Source: a virus
Taxonomy: Duplodnaviria > Caudoviricetes
Reading direction: 5' to 3' (one strand)
IMG/VR virus record: IMGVR_UViG_3300025122_000128
Location: 1 to 26,364 of that record
DNA: 26,364 nucleotides
Under the pieces are notes generated by a model. That model had not been told where the DNA came from. It saw nothing but the letters and a program-made list of their open reading frames with translations, and searched no databases. This document shows, piece after piece, positions 11,401 through 19,876 of this stretch (position 1 is its first letter; the number at the start of each line of letters is the position of its first letter). The translations under genes and the position numbers were made by a program.

Positions 11401-11448
11401 TGAGCTTGTAATAATACTTGCTGCTTTTGAAAAATCGAATGTTGCCAT
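8401..11448 (-). CDS. Large putative virion protein with helical/coiled-coil N-terminal half and C-terminal LamG/concanavalin-like domain (1015 aa)
   Basis: C-terminal GATFDFW, HTTVTVD...SIYLNG, WVIGGG and GFLGSLKLYNRAITAAEALKNY are typical LamG strands. Coiled-coil-like segments include LTNQRQTLYAKVAAHDKKINKRKKQIE. Confidence 0.6.
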   Translation of the reverse strand: MATFDFSKAASIITSSPTPILDAMGTHFGVPQCMLNFAKDVLNAFPSPVLNSINSGIEDGKNLADSVFKDIMRKVFLDTGIIEYDTTLGRFVFVSSSSNQGVEQDLLQGLDNLHGLGTILGFGAEAWVIGQNVANQLDVMKSCIDKMKSFNALQKGPSAIADKMAGFDMVDANGNIVESFPAPPPALKAASLIYDQNKEILEEAAGFVAQADAQQQNIREIQQARLADPENNPEPVFWKNMRNDDPNSPWYGQTLGQALSGATTFNLVDAEVGRDGFPIVPPDLSGDAFNPFVDVINSSGMLPPVSKDGQFLFSKTGVYYDSYGGGLDYSGCITNIVNAIYYDSSGNAIPGTGVPANAVEWLHAYNPNLGGKGDPVKWATFNKWANTAFDIDQINESPLVQDFYAEDHFLQVIIDQRNREVYDLSSYITELQQQGYAEDSAVLTNQRQTLYAKVAAHDKKINKRKKQIEVHVLLSPTDAPAIKGRIPINNFVDLDASLLAIEKQKQEHLLFNPGEVSGMVLPLCPTFIKSDIPQDAFTVEGLMVPPVGVGQIITSDFPVSGTSGTLLSLTDQITTDGLVSVYNFLDADIVKPDSSKYLSINCTTSSSSEGAAQLVASSIDSMFPSGIGLPYFRGMCNFFSGVNGDGNTKVSKYTTNNEYLYSAYRPYGYGKLQSGYSDIDSLLYNKTGATFDFWTHLPDLDEANGLGWNGDQSLSALHRVVLSCENRGGTYSSTDESWSIGPKKDEDTVRGLLMGFTRDRRITKGFGPSNNPADNDILEGLVFHMSPTQSINTSGVAFLAASGDPKYCPTDQVAPSGFYGISIDTSTTTSVGDMFNDCSSGFVHTTVTVDYGQDLVSIYLNGNLLTASSVERTFGEVGPPQIPSMVNASSFFYDVQYEEDLPPNAPLFPPDSLGYRDFWYWDGPQPSGRTRLALTPWVIGGGYTDGMHTKDLRTYSSGSNEGMNFMGGKWGGKKSGLYGFLGSLKLYNRAITAAEALKNYKAQRGFFTNIRTYEY

Positions 11449-11456
11449 ATTAGTTC

Positions 11457-12758
11457 CTAAGGAGTATACCCTCCGCTATTCGCACCGTCTGCGTCATCAT
11501 TTAAATAGATATTAGGGCCACCATCTATATGTACGGCCCCACCATTAATATCTACTTCCTTTCCATTAATTTCTACTTCGGTCGATCCATTAAGTTGTAC
11601 CAAAGGGGCGTTAATTTCTACTTCTAGATCACTCTGAAGTGTAATCTTTTTATTTGCTACTATATCTACTGTTCCTGCTGATTCTACAATCACCCTGCTA
11701 TGAGGTCCTGGGGTATGTATATGGACAACTGAATCCTGTTCTAAAGCACTTAGAGATATGTTGTTATGGTGAGACAGTAATTGAATGCAGCCCGTACTTT
11801 CGTTTCCAAAAACTCCCTGTCTACTAGCCTTATACCCCCCAGCACCAGGATCTCCTAACCCAGTAGAGGGGTTCCCAGCCCCATCAGTTCTTCCATCACA
11901 GTTGATTCCTCCACCATAGGATTTAGATGAAGTAGATTTATTTTCAATCTCTACATTAAGACCATCCTCTACCCAAATATGAAACCTATTCATTAGAGTA
12001 TACATATTCACAGGGCCGTGCGTTCTCATATGGTACTCTCCTTGAGCAAAGGGACTTTGATTACTCATACCGCTACTCCAAATAAAGAAGTCCTTACCCC
12101 TGTGTTCGTTTGTCATAACAATCCCATCTACAATGGGACTGTCAACAGCCTCAATCCGTTTTCCATTTCCACTCATGATCCCAATTCTATGATCTTGAAA
12201 GGGGTTCTTAGCTCTTTCCGTAGAGTTATACCTATCTGAAATTTTAAAAGCATCCCCCCTATAGTTTGTAATACCAATAGCTTCTGGTGTAATTCCCTTT
12301 CCGTCATACATATCTTGGAATCTTTGAGGCCATGCGCCCTTCTGGTCTTCTGTCATTTCAGGGAACATCCCCTCTGGAATATTTGGTCCTGCTAATCCAG
12401 GCTTATCTTTTTCTACATAAGATATAAAATCTTCCGCAGCCTGAGGTAACTCAGAAATATCTAAAGGTACATCCTTATTAAGACCTGTAATAGCCCCCAT
12501 TACAGAACCTACATAAAAATTTCCTCTAAGCTCATCCCCCTCAAGGTTTACTGAATCCTCATACAAGCATAACACTTGGCTACCCGCTGGAGGTATTGCT
12601 ACAAATCCTTCCTGACTATTGCCATAAGGTGTGACATATCTCACATCTTCCGTTTGATCCTTCCCATTAGACGATAGTTTAAATACAGCTTGGAAGATAC
12701 CCGTTCTGGTAACATCAGCCTTACTCTTTACAGTCCCTATTTTTAATCTAATTGCCAT
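11457..12758 (-). CDS. Baseplate central spike, gp5/gpV/VgrG-like (433 aa)
   Basis: N-terminal OB-fold motif VRYVTPYG...GFVAIPPAGSQVLCLY...YVG. C-terminal beta-helix-like repeats VEINAPLVQLNGSTEVEINGKEVDINGGAVHIDGGPNIYLN. It follows the hub gene. Confidence 0.75.
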   Translation of the reverse strand: MAIRLKIGTVKSKADVTRTGIFQAVFKLSSNGKDQTEDVRYVTPYGNSQEGFVAIPPAGSQVLCLYEDSVNLEGDELRGNFYVGSVMGAITGLNKDVPLDISELPQAAEDFISYVEKDKPGLAGPNIPEGMFPEMTEDQKGAWPQRFQDMYDGKGITPEAIGITNYRGDAFKISDRYNSTERAKNPFQDHRIGIMSGNGKRIEAVDSPIVDGIVMTNEHRGKDFFIWSSGMSNQSPFAQGEYHMRTHGPVNMYTLMNRFHIWVEDGLNVEIENKSTSSKSYGGGINCDGRTDGAGNPSTGLGDPGAGGYKASRQGVFGNESTGCIQLLSHHNNISLSALEQDSVVHIHTPGPHSRVIVESAGTVDIVANKKITLQSDLEVEINAPLVQLNGSTEVEINGKEVDINGGAVHIDGGPNIYLNDDADGANSGGYTP

Positions 12759-12759
12759 T

Positions 12760-15600
12760 TTATGTCTCGTAAACCTCTTTATCTTCTTTAACTAATGCAG
12801 CCCCTTTTCCTGCTCCTTTTATAATTAAAAATTCTGATTCAACCGTATCCGCACTTATAGTGTGTTTAAAACTTAAAAGAGTATAAATACCGCTAAACCA
12901 AGTTGAGGGCTTATTAATAGAACCGCTTTCTGATACGGCTTTCGTAAACTGCGGTTCTACACAGTATAATAGACAAGCTCTAGTCATCACTCTTCTCATA
13001 CTAGCAAGATTAAAAAGTGGAAGAGTTGTAATCCTCCCTGTCATTGCTGAATTAGTAATTTTATCAGCAACCTTCATACTATGAGTTATAAAGGGCTTAG
13101 AGGGGGCATTTCCTGGCATATTTTTAGTTGATAAAGGAATAGGATCTGGTTGAGTAAAAAGAGCAGAGAAGGCTTTCCACATAAATATTTTAAAATTATC
13201 TTTTGCTGCGTCTCCCTCAAAAGTCATATCCTTTATATCTACAAAATCTTTTTCTCCCAAACTATTAAAAATAGTATTCCACTCATCAAAGTCCTGAACA
13301 TCATCCCCATTCCACCAATCCGCATCATAATAAGGTTCAATCAGTTTCCAAAAACCCTTAGGCACATTATCTTTATCTTTATCAGCTAAATCTAAATTAG
13401 CCATTTTTTGGAACATTGCCGTATAAGTTCCTGCGAAATCTTTTGGAACAATTCCAGCCACCTTCGCTTGTCCTGGAAGGGAGCCTGCTGCTCCTGTACT
13501 CATAGCTGCGAAATAAATTCCATCAATATCAATATCTACACTAAGAACATTAGGATTCTTTACCCCAAAAGTAAATACTGGCATTCGTGACGATTGTAAA
13601 GGCTGGTTCTTTTTCAAACTAGCAAGACTGTTACTCTCTAAATTGGTATCTTCTGTAAGAGCTAGAGCATCCTCAAGATCCCCACTATTCATAGGACCAA
13701 AAGGACCAATCCACGGTATGGGATATACTAAGTCTATTACATTCTTCATATAGCCAATATCTAATCCATCAATAACATCTAAAGGATGGACAGTTTGTAC
13801 CATTTTGGTTTCAGTAAACCACTCAATATTATCCTGACTCAGTGTAGGCTCCTTATCTTTGAGATTCTCAGATGTATCTAAACCAAACTCCTGAGCCATT
13901 TGTTTACTGCTATATTCCAGCATTCTAGCTTCCAGAAAGTTATTAATAAAAACATTATCTCCCCAATAAAGTAAGGGTTCTGCTGGAGTGTTTATTAATC
14001 CCGATCTATGCATAATTCTTAATAACTCAAAATCTGTTTCTCCTTTTACTTGTGTTAGAAAATCCATTTTTGGTGGAGAGTCGTCTGGGGCAAACTCTTC
14101 AATTTTATTTTGAATCGCTTTTCCAACTGCTGATAGTTTTTCTAGAAAGGTCTGGGAAACGTAATCACATTCCATAACTGCTTTAATATTTTTACTCTCA
14201 AACCAATCTCCAACATCTTCTACACATTCACACTCTTCTAAATTTTCAAAAGTATTCTCCCCCACAGGTCCGTTGGAGGAATGAACTCCTGGATTCATAG
14301 AAGACTCAGTGGTTTGACACAACTTCATCCCAATTCCCTCTAAAGCCTCACCAAATCCCTTAAGATAATCTACCTCAAAATCAACATCAATTGTAGTATC
14401 CCTTTTTATCCAATCAGGGGCTCTCCAACTAGCACTATTAACACAGTCCTCTAAATACTTCTTAAGATGCTTATCTAAATCAGGAAAACAAACTAAAACA
14501 TTATCATAGTTTGTACCGTTTTTAATAAACTGTGTTATAGCATCTTTTACTACTTTATGAAAACTTGGTCTATTGGGCCGTCCCAAGTAATAATCAATAT
14601 CTTCTTCAGCATAAGCATCGGTATCAATGTCAGGAGAAACTCCTTCTACTTGATTGTTGGCTTTATAGATCTGTTTATATTTATCAGCATAAGCTTTGGC
14701 TGCATCCTTATTAAATATTCGATAGGACTCTCCCTTTGTAACAAGACCCTTTGTAAATAAGGATCCAAAAGGTTTAACTCCCATTCCCTGCACAGCATTA
14801 GGGTGCGCACTTACCCCTTGAAATTTCAATTTTAGAGTGCGAGGCTCTGGCCCAGCAAAAGAATAATCAACCCCTATAATTCTTCCATAACAGTGTACAG
14901 GAGCCCAGTCTATCAAGTCATCTCCACAACCATAAGTAATATAAATAGGTCTTTGAAATTGTGTAGTGGCTGTTGCTAACTGTTTATTGAGGATCTCAAT
15001 AGCGGCATCGTTCTCATTAATAGCTTCTCCCGCTTCTACCTCCCCCTGTAGCCCTGTATTTTTAGAAAATAATGTTTCCTCTTCCCCAATTTTATCTTCT
15101 ACGGCTGCTAATTCGTTAGCTAGTTTTTTTAGTTTTTCAGCAGAACCATCAATATTGTTTAATCGCCTCTCTTCTTTTTTTAGTTTGGTTCTAAGAGATT
15201 CTTGAAAAACTAGATCATTTTTCTTTTTAAGAAGATTTCTACCCACTGGATTATTTTTAATATCCAAAATTCCTTCTACGGTGTTATCCAACATAGCCTG
15301 TTCAAAGACTCCCTGAGGGTCCATGAGTTCTATCTCTACACGAGCGTCTGATCCTTCCCCACCTACTGAATGGTTAAGGGAAATAAAAGTAGATCCAGGG
15401 GCATTATTAAAAATATAGGTTTGAGGATTAGAGGTTATAGTAGAACCAATAAGATTTAAACCTAGTTGAGCCTGTAGTCTAAAGGCTTCCTGTTGATCTT
15501 TATATATTTTAAACGCTTCTAAAGATCCCATTTCCTGAAATTTAATCATAACTTCAGGGTCATAAGACATGACAATGTTTACTGTGGGAACAACTTGCAT
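12760..15600 (-). CDS. Putative baseplate hub protein, gp27/gpD-like with large insertions (946 aa)
   Basis: N-terminal VEIELMDP, YITYG and C-terminal FSGIYTLLSFKHTISADTVESEFLIIK match hub-protein patterns. It lies between the gp53/LysM-like and spike genes. Confidence 0.6.
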   Translation of the reverse strand: MQVVPTVNIVMSYDPEVMIKFQEMGSLEAFKIYKDQQEAFRLQAQLGLNLIGSTITSNPQTYIFNNAPGSTFISLNHSVGGEGSDARVEIELMDPQGVFEQAMLDNTVEGILDIKNNPVGRNLLKKKNDLVFQESLRTKLKKEERRLNNIDGSAEKLKKLANELAAVEDKIGEEETLFSKNTGLQGEVEAGEAINENDAAIEILNKQLATATTQFQRPIYITYGCGDDLIDWAPVHCYGRIIGVDYSFAGPEPRTLKLKFQGVSAHPNAVQGMGVKPFGSLFTKGLVTKGESYRIFNKDAAKAYADKYKQIYKANNQVEGVSPDIDTDAYAEEDIDYYLGRPNRPSFHKVVKDAITQFIKNGTNYDNVLVCFPDLDKHLKKYLEDCVNSASWRAPDWIKRDTTIDVDFEVDYLKGFGEALEGIGMKLCQTTESSMNPGVHSSNGPVGENTFENLEECECVEDVGDWFESKNIKAVMECDYVSQTFLEKLSAVGKAIQNKIEEFAPDDSPPKMDFLTQVKGETDFELLRIMHRSGLINTPAEPLLYWGDNVFINNFLEARMLEYSSKQMAQEFGLDTSENLKDKEPTLSQDNIEWFTETKMVQTVHPLDVIDGLDIGYMKNVIDLVYPIPWIGPFGPMNSGDLEDALALTEDTNLESNSLASLKKNQPLQSSRMPVFTFGVKNPNVLSVDIDIDGIYFAAMSTGAAGSLPGQAKVAGIVPKDFAGTYTAMFQKMANLDLADKDKDNVPKGFWKLIEPYYDADWWNGDDVQDFDEWNTIFNSLGEKDFVDIKDMTFEGDAAKDNFKIFMWKAFSALFTQPDPIPLSTKNMPGNAPSKPFITHSMKVADKITNSAMTGRITTLPLFNLASMRRVMTRACLLYCVEPQFTKAVSESGSINKPSTWFSGIYTLLSFKHTISADTVESEFLIIKGAGKGAALVKEDKEVYET

Positions 15601-15607
15601 ATTTATA

Positions 15608-15919
15608 TTATAGGCTTATAGGGATTCTAATAGGATCTCCAGCATTTAACGCTTCGAACACATCAAATGTCGAATTTCTTTCGCAAACTACCCACCACGC
15701 TGCTGGAGTATCTAAATACAGATTAGAAATTAGGTCGGGTCTATGCTCATATCCAGCGGGTATTTTACCAGAAAGACCTTTAAAAGATCGACTACTCCCA
15801 CTTCCTCCAAAAGTATTTTCATATTGAGTACTACCAACGCTAGTAGGAATACGAACTCCTTTGTGGGATATAGTTACATATCCAAAACCACTTCTATTTC
15901 CAGGATATTTATTTTGCAT
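15608..15919 (-). CDS. gp53 / tail X / LysM-like baseplate wedge protein (103 aa)
   Basis: EHRPDLISNLYLDTPAAWWVVCERN...LNAGDPIRIP is the RxDxxS..Y....WWxI...N...G..IxIP signature. Confidence 0.8.
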   Translation of the reverse strand: MQNKYPGNRSGFGYVTISHKGVRIPTSVGSTQYENTFGGSGSSRSFKGLSGKIPAGYEHRPDLISNLYLDTPAAWWVVCERNSTFDVFEALNAGDPIRIPISL

Positions 15920-15922
15920 ATT

Positions 15923-16864
15923 TTAACCTTCAGACCAAAAGCCCTGTTCTGGGAGAGGATCTGTTGTGTAGGGTGAATTTATAGCACTCTCCCATCCTGC
16001 AAGATTATCTCTCGTTAAAAATTTTGCAGGTTCGTACTGTCCGAAATCCCCCACCCTCACCTCTTCTAAAGTTAGAGCCACCGTTAAGCGTCTGGGGGTA
16101 AGGGTTTCTAAATGATACCCCGCTTCCTCTTCCCAAGATAGATTATAGGATTTACAGATACAAGGAACACTTTGATACAGAGTTCCAAAATCTAATCTTA
16201 GTAGAGGAGGACCATACAAAGGATTAGTAGCCTTATTAGTAACAGAAGTTCTTAAAAGAGCTATAAAGAATAAAAGAGTATCAATAACTTTATGTATTTC
16301 AGTTACAGCAGATTCAGGTAAATCAACATTAGCTCCAAGAGGTCCTAATACCGAATTCAGGACCGCTTGGGTAGCTTGGTTTCCATAAAGAGTAGATAGT
16401 TGAGCATTATTTAAAAAGGATCCTTCTGATTCTGCTAGTATAGACAAGTAAACTTTTTCTACAGCCTTGGATAAAGAATTTGCAGCGTCACCTTTTTTTT
16501 GCATTGAAGAAAATTTTGCGTTTTGAGTAAACAACAATTTCTCAGACTCCTTTCCAGAGTTAGCAAAGACTCTCGTAAACCTATTAATTCCCATCTCATG
16601 CATTGCTAAGTGGGGCAAAGTAAAATGCATCTTAACCTTTATCTTTCTGGAAGACGCTCCTGTATAAGCAAACAAACTTCCTGCTCTTCCAACAGGATTA
16701 TACTCAGCATAGTTAGCACTTTGAGTTTCTGTAATAGTGGGATTTTCATAGAAGGGCAAAAAGATAAGAGGTTCTGGATCTCCTCCATAATGGAAAACGA
16801 TACGAGACCGTTGATCCATTGCTCGACTATGAAACATTTTTCCGTAAGTATCAAGATTAGCCAT
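15923..16864 (-). CDS. Tail tube initiator (gp48/gp54-like; CIS tube-initiator-like, 313 aa)
   Basis: ITETQSANYAEYNPVGRAGSLFAYTGASSRKIKVKMHF and PPLLRLDFG...CICKSYNLSW...PRRLTVALTLEE; it sits between the tape measure and LysM-like genes. Confidence 0.75.
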   Translation of the reverse strand: MANLDTYGKMFHSRAMDQRSRIVFHYGGDPEPLIFLPFYENPTITETQSANYAEYNPVGRAGSLFAYTGASSRKIKVKMHFTLPHLAMHEMGINRFTRVFANSGKESEKLLFTQNAKFSSMQKKGDAANSLSKAVEKVYLSILAESEGSFLNNAQLSTLYGNQATQAVLNSVLGPLGANVDLPESAVTEIHKVIDTLLFFIALLRTSVTNKATNPLYGPPLLRLDFGTLYQSVPCICKSYNLSWEEEAGYHLETLTPRRLTVALTLEEVRVGDFGQYEPAKFLTRDNLAGWESAINSPYTTDPLPEQGFWSEG

Positions 16865-19800
16865 TAGAGGTCATTCCCCACTGCACCCTGTCCCATAGAT
16901 CGTCTTTCTACACCAGGAGAAACTCTACTATTAGCTATTTGTCGGTTTCTTTGATTAATACCATGTGACCCTTGATCATTATTTTCTTGGGACAGTTCAT
17001 TAGCATCATGTATAGCTTTGACTATAGCCTGTAAAAGCACTATTGTCTCTTGGGCCTCCGCTCTCATCCTAGGACTATCTGTATTCTCTTTCCTTTGTTG
17101 TTCTCTCGCTATATTGTCTTTTAATCCTTTAAGAGAAGTACCTGCGGGTACATGTGTACTACCAGATATAGGATTACCAAACATATCCGTACCAGAATCC
17201 TCTATAGTAAACTCAGGAGAATCTTCTCTACCATAAGGACCAGCCATTGCCAGTCCCCCCATTTTTTCAATATCATCAGTAGATAATTTACTTAACCCCG
17301 TTGCTGTTGCGTTTAATGCAGAAGGAAGTTTATTAAGAGAGTCTACTAATTTATTAATATGTTTAGCAGCTTTTCCCATCTTTACTAGTTTTTCTACAGG
17401 ATCATCTCCTGCGGTAAACATGGAGAAGAATCCAGAAACGGCTCCTCCTGCGGAAAGTGCAGACAATCCTGCTGCAACAGAGAATAAGGCTGGACCTAAT
17501 AGGAAAAGACTCATTATAGAAACTCCTGCTAGTGCAGTCATTACAACAGCTAGTTGTTCAAGTCCTGGTGCGGCAATAGCGATAGCCACCGCTAAGGGAA
17601 TTAAGGCCAATCCTAATACGGCAAATGCTGACGCTCCTGCCATAATAAAGGGAGAAAGAAATGCCGCTCCAGTTGCCGCAGCGGAAAGTACCACAAGGGC
17701 TCCTGCAAATGCAAACATTGTATCCATACCTACACCCTTAAGTAAACTAAATCCAAAGGCCAATGGAATAAGGGAAGTACCTAAGGCTAGAAAAGCAAGA
17801 GAACCTAAGAAAATAGCCGCTGAAAGGCCCCCTGCAATGACCGCTGCTGCACCTAGAATAATTAAGGCCCCAGAAAAGGCAATCATCTGTCCTATGCTAA
17901 TGCCTTCTAGTAAACTAAATGCAAGGGCTAAAGGAATAAGAGCAAGCCCTACTAGTCCTAATCCTGCTGCACCTAGAATAATTGCTGAAGTACCAAAGGG
18001 TTTAATACCCATCTTAGCGAAAAATAGAAGGGTTAAGGCTAAGGCAGTAATTGTTTTGAACCCTACACCCTTCATCATCCTTAAAGCTATAGCTAGAGGG
18101 ATAAGAGAAGCCCCTACTAGGGCTATTCCTAATGCACCTTTAAAAACTTTTCCTTTGGAAAAAGCTTCAATTCCTTTGGCAATTCCAGTAAGAGTATTCT
18201 GTATTAAGCCTCCTATTCCTCCTCCAATACCTTTTCCTAAATCAGCTAAACCTTTTCCCATCCCAGAAAGACTCTTTCCCCAACTTCCAACATCTTTTGA
18301 AGCAGCACCTCCACCACCCCCTCCCCCCGAAAAACTAGAAACCTTACCCACAGCCTTAGATTTAGCAGTTGGACCCTCTTTCCAACTTTTTTTCAAACCA
18401 CCAAAGAATTGACCGGGTTTGCTTTTCCAATCCTTAATACTTGGTGCCTTGGTGATCCTACCTCGCCCACCTTTCCATCGACCCCCTCCACCCATACGCT
18501 TATCAAAAACCTTCCCTAAAGGGTTAAGTAAAGCATCTTTGGCCCCTCTCCACATACCCCCAGCGGCAGCGGCACCTCCCCTGAGAGCCCCCCCTACTCC
18601 ACCAACTACTCCTTTAGCTATCATTACTGCTTTAAGAGCCAGTATACCTGCCAGAAGGGCTGCCATCCCTATTACAACTCGGACGGCAATAACTGTTGCT
18701 TGACGATGTGCTTTAACAAACTCCTGAACCCTCCCCATCACTTTGTAAATTACCTTTATTAAAGGACTAAAAGCTTCATCTTTTATAGATTGCCAAGTAG
18801 TTGCAAATTCCTTACTAACAGCAGTTCTCTCTGCGACCATAGCACTATAGTCTGTCATGGTCATGCCCATCTCTGTAGCCGCCTCACTCATCCCCTTATA
18901 GACCATAGCTCCCTCAGCCATAGCAGGACCAAGAGCATCAGAAACAGCCTTGTACGCGATTGCAGGGTCTCCTGTGCCTTGCAAATAAGACTGGTACATA
19001 TCATGAGCCGCCCTACCCGCAGTTTCAACCATCATTAGGGCATTTCTAGTTGCATCCCCTTCACCTTTAAGAAGAGCTTCCCTATCTGCACTAACTCCAA
19101 GTATCGACGCTGTAATAGCCCCTTCTGCTGATAACATAGAATCTAGAAATTTAGTACCAGACTTAGCCATTTCTGGGCCAAGAGCAGCACCAATTGCAGC
19201 ACCCGCTTCTAAAATCTCAGGTCCAATATTAAGAAGAGAATACATCTTCATGGAACCTTTTAATTCTCCAATAGCCCCAACTAACTCTTCTGTAGTCATT
19301 CCAAATCTTTGGCTTAAAGATTGGACTGAACTATGAAGATTGGTTTGTTGCTCATTGGACATTAAAGTTCCAGCAGTCAATCCTTGCATCTCTTTCATTA
19401 ACTTTAAGGAGTTGCCTCCTGTAATTTTGGTTTGTGCGAGGAGTAAATCAGTAGCCTGATTAGATCTTCTAGAACCTGCCGCAAACTGTTCCCAACCTAT
19501 CTCAAGAGCTTTCCCATACCCAGTTATACCATTAGTTAGATTCTGGGTAGTAGAAGACTGCTGCTCCATAACCTTAGTTAAGTTTAAGCCTCTAGAAAGA
19601 GCTTTCTCTTGCATTTTCATGCTATTCTTAACAGCAGTAACAATCTCCTGCGATCCCACTGTAACAGCTTTCCCTACTACAGGAATAGCCTTTGCCGCTC
19701 TTTTTAAATTCCATAGACTCTTTTTTGAGTGTTTAGTCATACCAGAACCAGTACTTGCTTGTTCATCTGTAGCATCTGCTATTTGTTGTAGTATAACAGT

Positions 19801-19875
19801 ATGAGATGATAAAGCTAATGCAATATCTTCTAAGCTCTTTGCTAGATCTGGATTATCTTCTGGGGGAGGGGCCAT
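16864..19875 (-). CDS. Tail tape measure protein (1003 aa)
   Basis: Long Ala/Gly/Met-rich helical protein with hydrophobic 55-56-aa repeats, directly upstream of the tube initiator and baseplate genes. Confidence 0.82.
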   Translation of the reverse strand: MAPPPEDNPDLAKSLEDIALALSSHTVILQQIADATDEQASTGSGMTKHSKKSLWNLKRAAKAIPVVGKAVTVGSQEIVTAVKNSMKMQEKALSRGLNLTKVMEQQSSTTQNLTNGITGYGKALEIGWEQFAAGSRRSNQATDLLLAQTKITGGNSLKLMKEMQGLTAGTLMSNEQQTNLHSSVQSLSQRFGMTTEELVGAIGELKGSMKMYSLLNIGPEILEAGAAIGAALGPEMAKSGTKFLDSMLSAEGAITASILGVSADREALLKGEGDATRNALMMVETAGRAAHDMYQSYLQGTGDPAIAYKAVSDALGPAMAEGAMVYKGMSEAATEMGMTMTDYSAMVAERTAVSKEFATTWQSIKDEAFSPLIKVIYKVMGRVQEFVKAHRQATVIAVRVVIGMAALLAGILALKAVMIAKGVVGGVGGALRGGAAAAGGMWRGAKDALLNPLGKVFDKRMGGGGRWKGGRGRITKAPSIKDWKSKPGQFFGGLKKSWKEGPTAKSKAVGKVSSFSGGGGGGGAASKDVGSWGKSLSGMGKGLADLGKGIGGGIGGLIQNTLTGIAKGIEAFSKGKVFKGALGIALVGASLIPLAIALRMMKGVGFKTITALALTLLFFAKMGIKPFGTSAIILGAAGLGLVGLALIPLALAFSLLEGISIGQMIAFSGALIILGAAAVIAGGLSAAIFLGSLAFLALGTSLIPLAFGFSLLKGVGMDTMFAFAGALVVLSAAATGAAFLSPFIMAGASAFAVLGLALIPLAVAIAIAAPGLEQLAVVMTALAGVSIMSLFLLGPALFSVAAGLSALSAGGAVSGFFSMFTAGDDPVEKLVKMGKAAKHINKLVDSLNKLPSALNATATGLSKLSTDDIEKMGGLAMAGPYGREDSPEFTIEDSGTDMFGNPISGSTHVPAGTSLKGLKDNIAREQQRKENTDSPRMRAEAQETIVLLQAIVKAIHDANELSQENNDQGSHGINQRNRQIANSRVSPGVERRSMGQGAVGNDL
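17590..18105 (-). repeat. Four LIPLA-anchored hydrophobic repeats in the tape measure gene, spaced 165, 168 and 168 nt
   Basis: LIPLA codons at 18091-18105, 17926-17940, 17758-17772 and 17590-17604. An exact 20-nt direct repeat ctgctgcacctagaataatt occurs at 17844 and 17964. Confidence 0.8.
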
Positions 19876-19876
19876 T

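Noticed and set aside
15600-15607. T4 late promoter consensus TATAAATA on the minus strand
   Set aside because: It overlaps the hub ATG, so it cannot drive that gene, and similar octamers occur inside genes on both strands of this AT-rich DNA.
17420-18412. 330-aa plus-strand ORF rich in A/P/K/I
   Set aside because: Antisense shadow of the repetitive hydrophobic tape measure region; no motifs of its own.
132-19804. Other short plus-strand ORFs and off-frame minus ORFs (3798..4016, 16639..16854) inside the tail cluster
   Set aside because: They overlap long motif-bearing genes and lack recognisable features.
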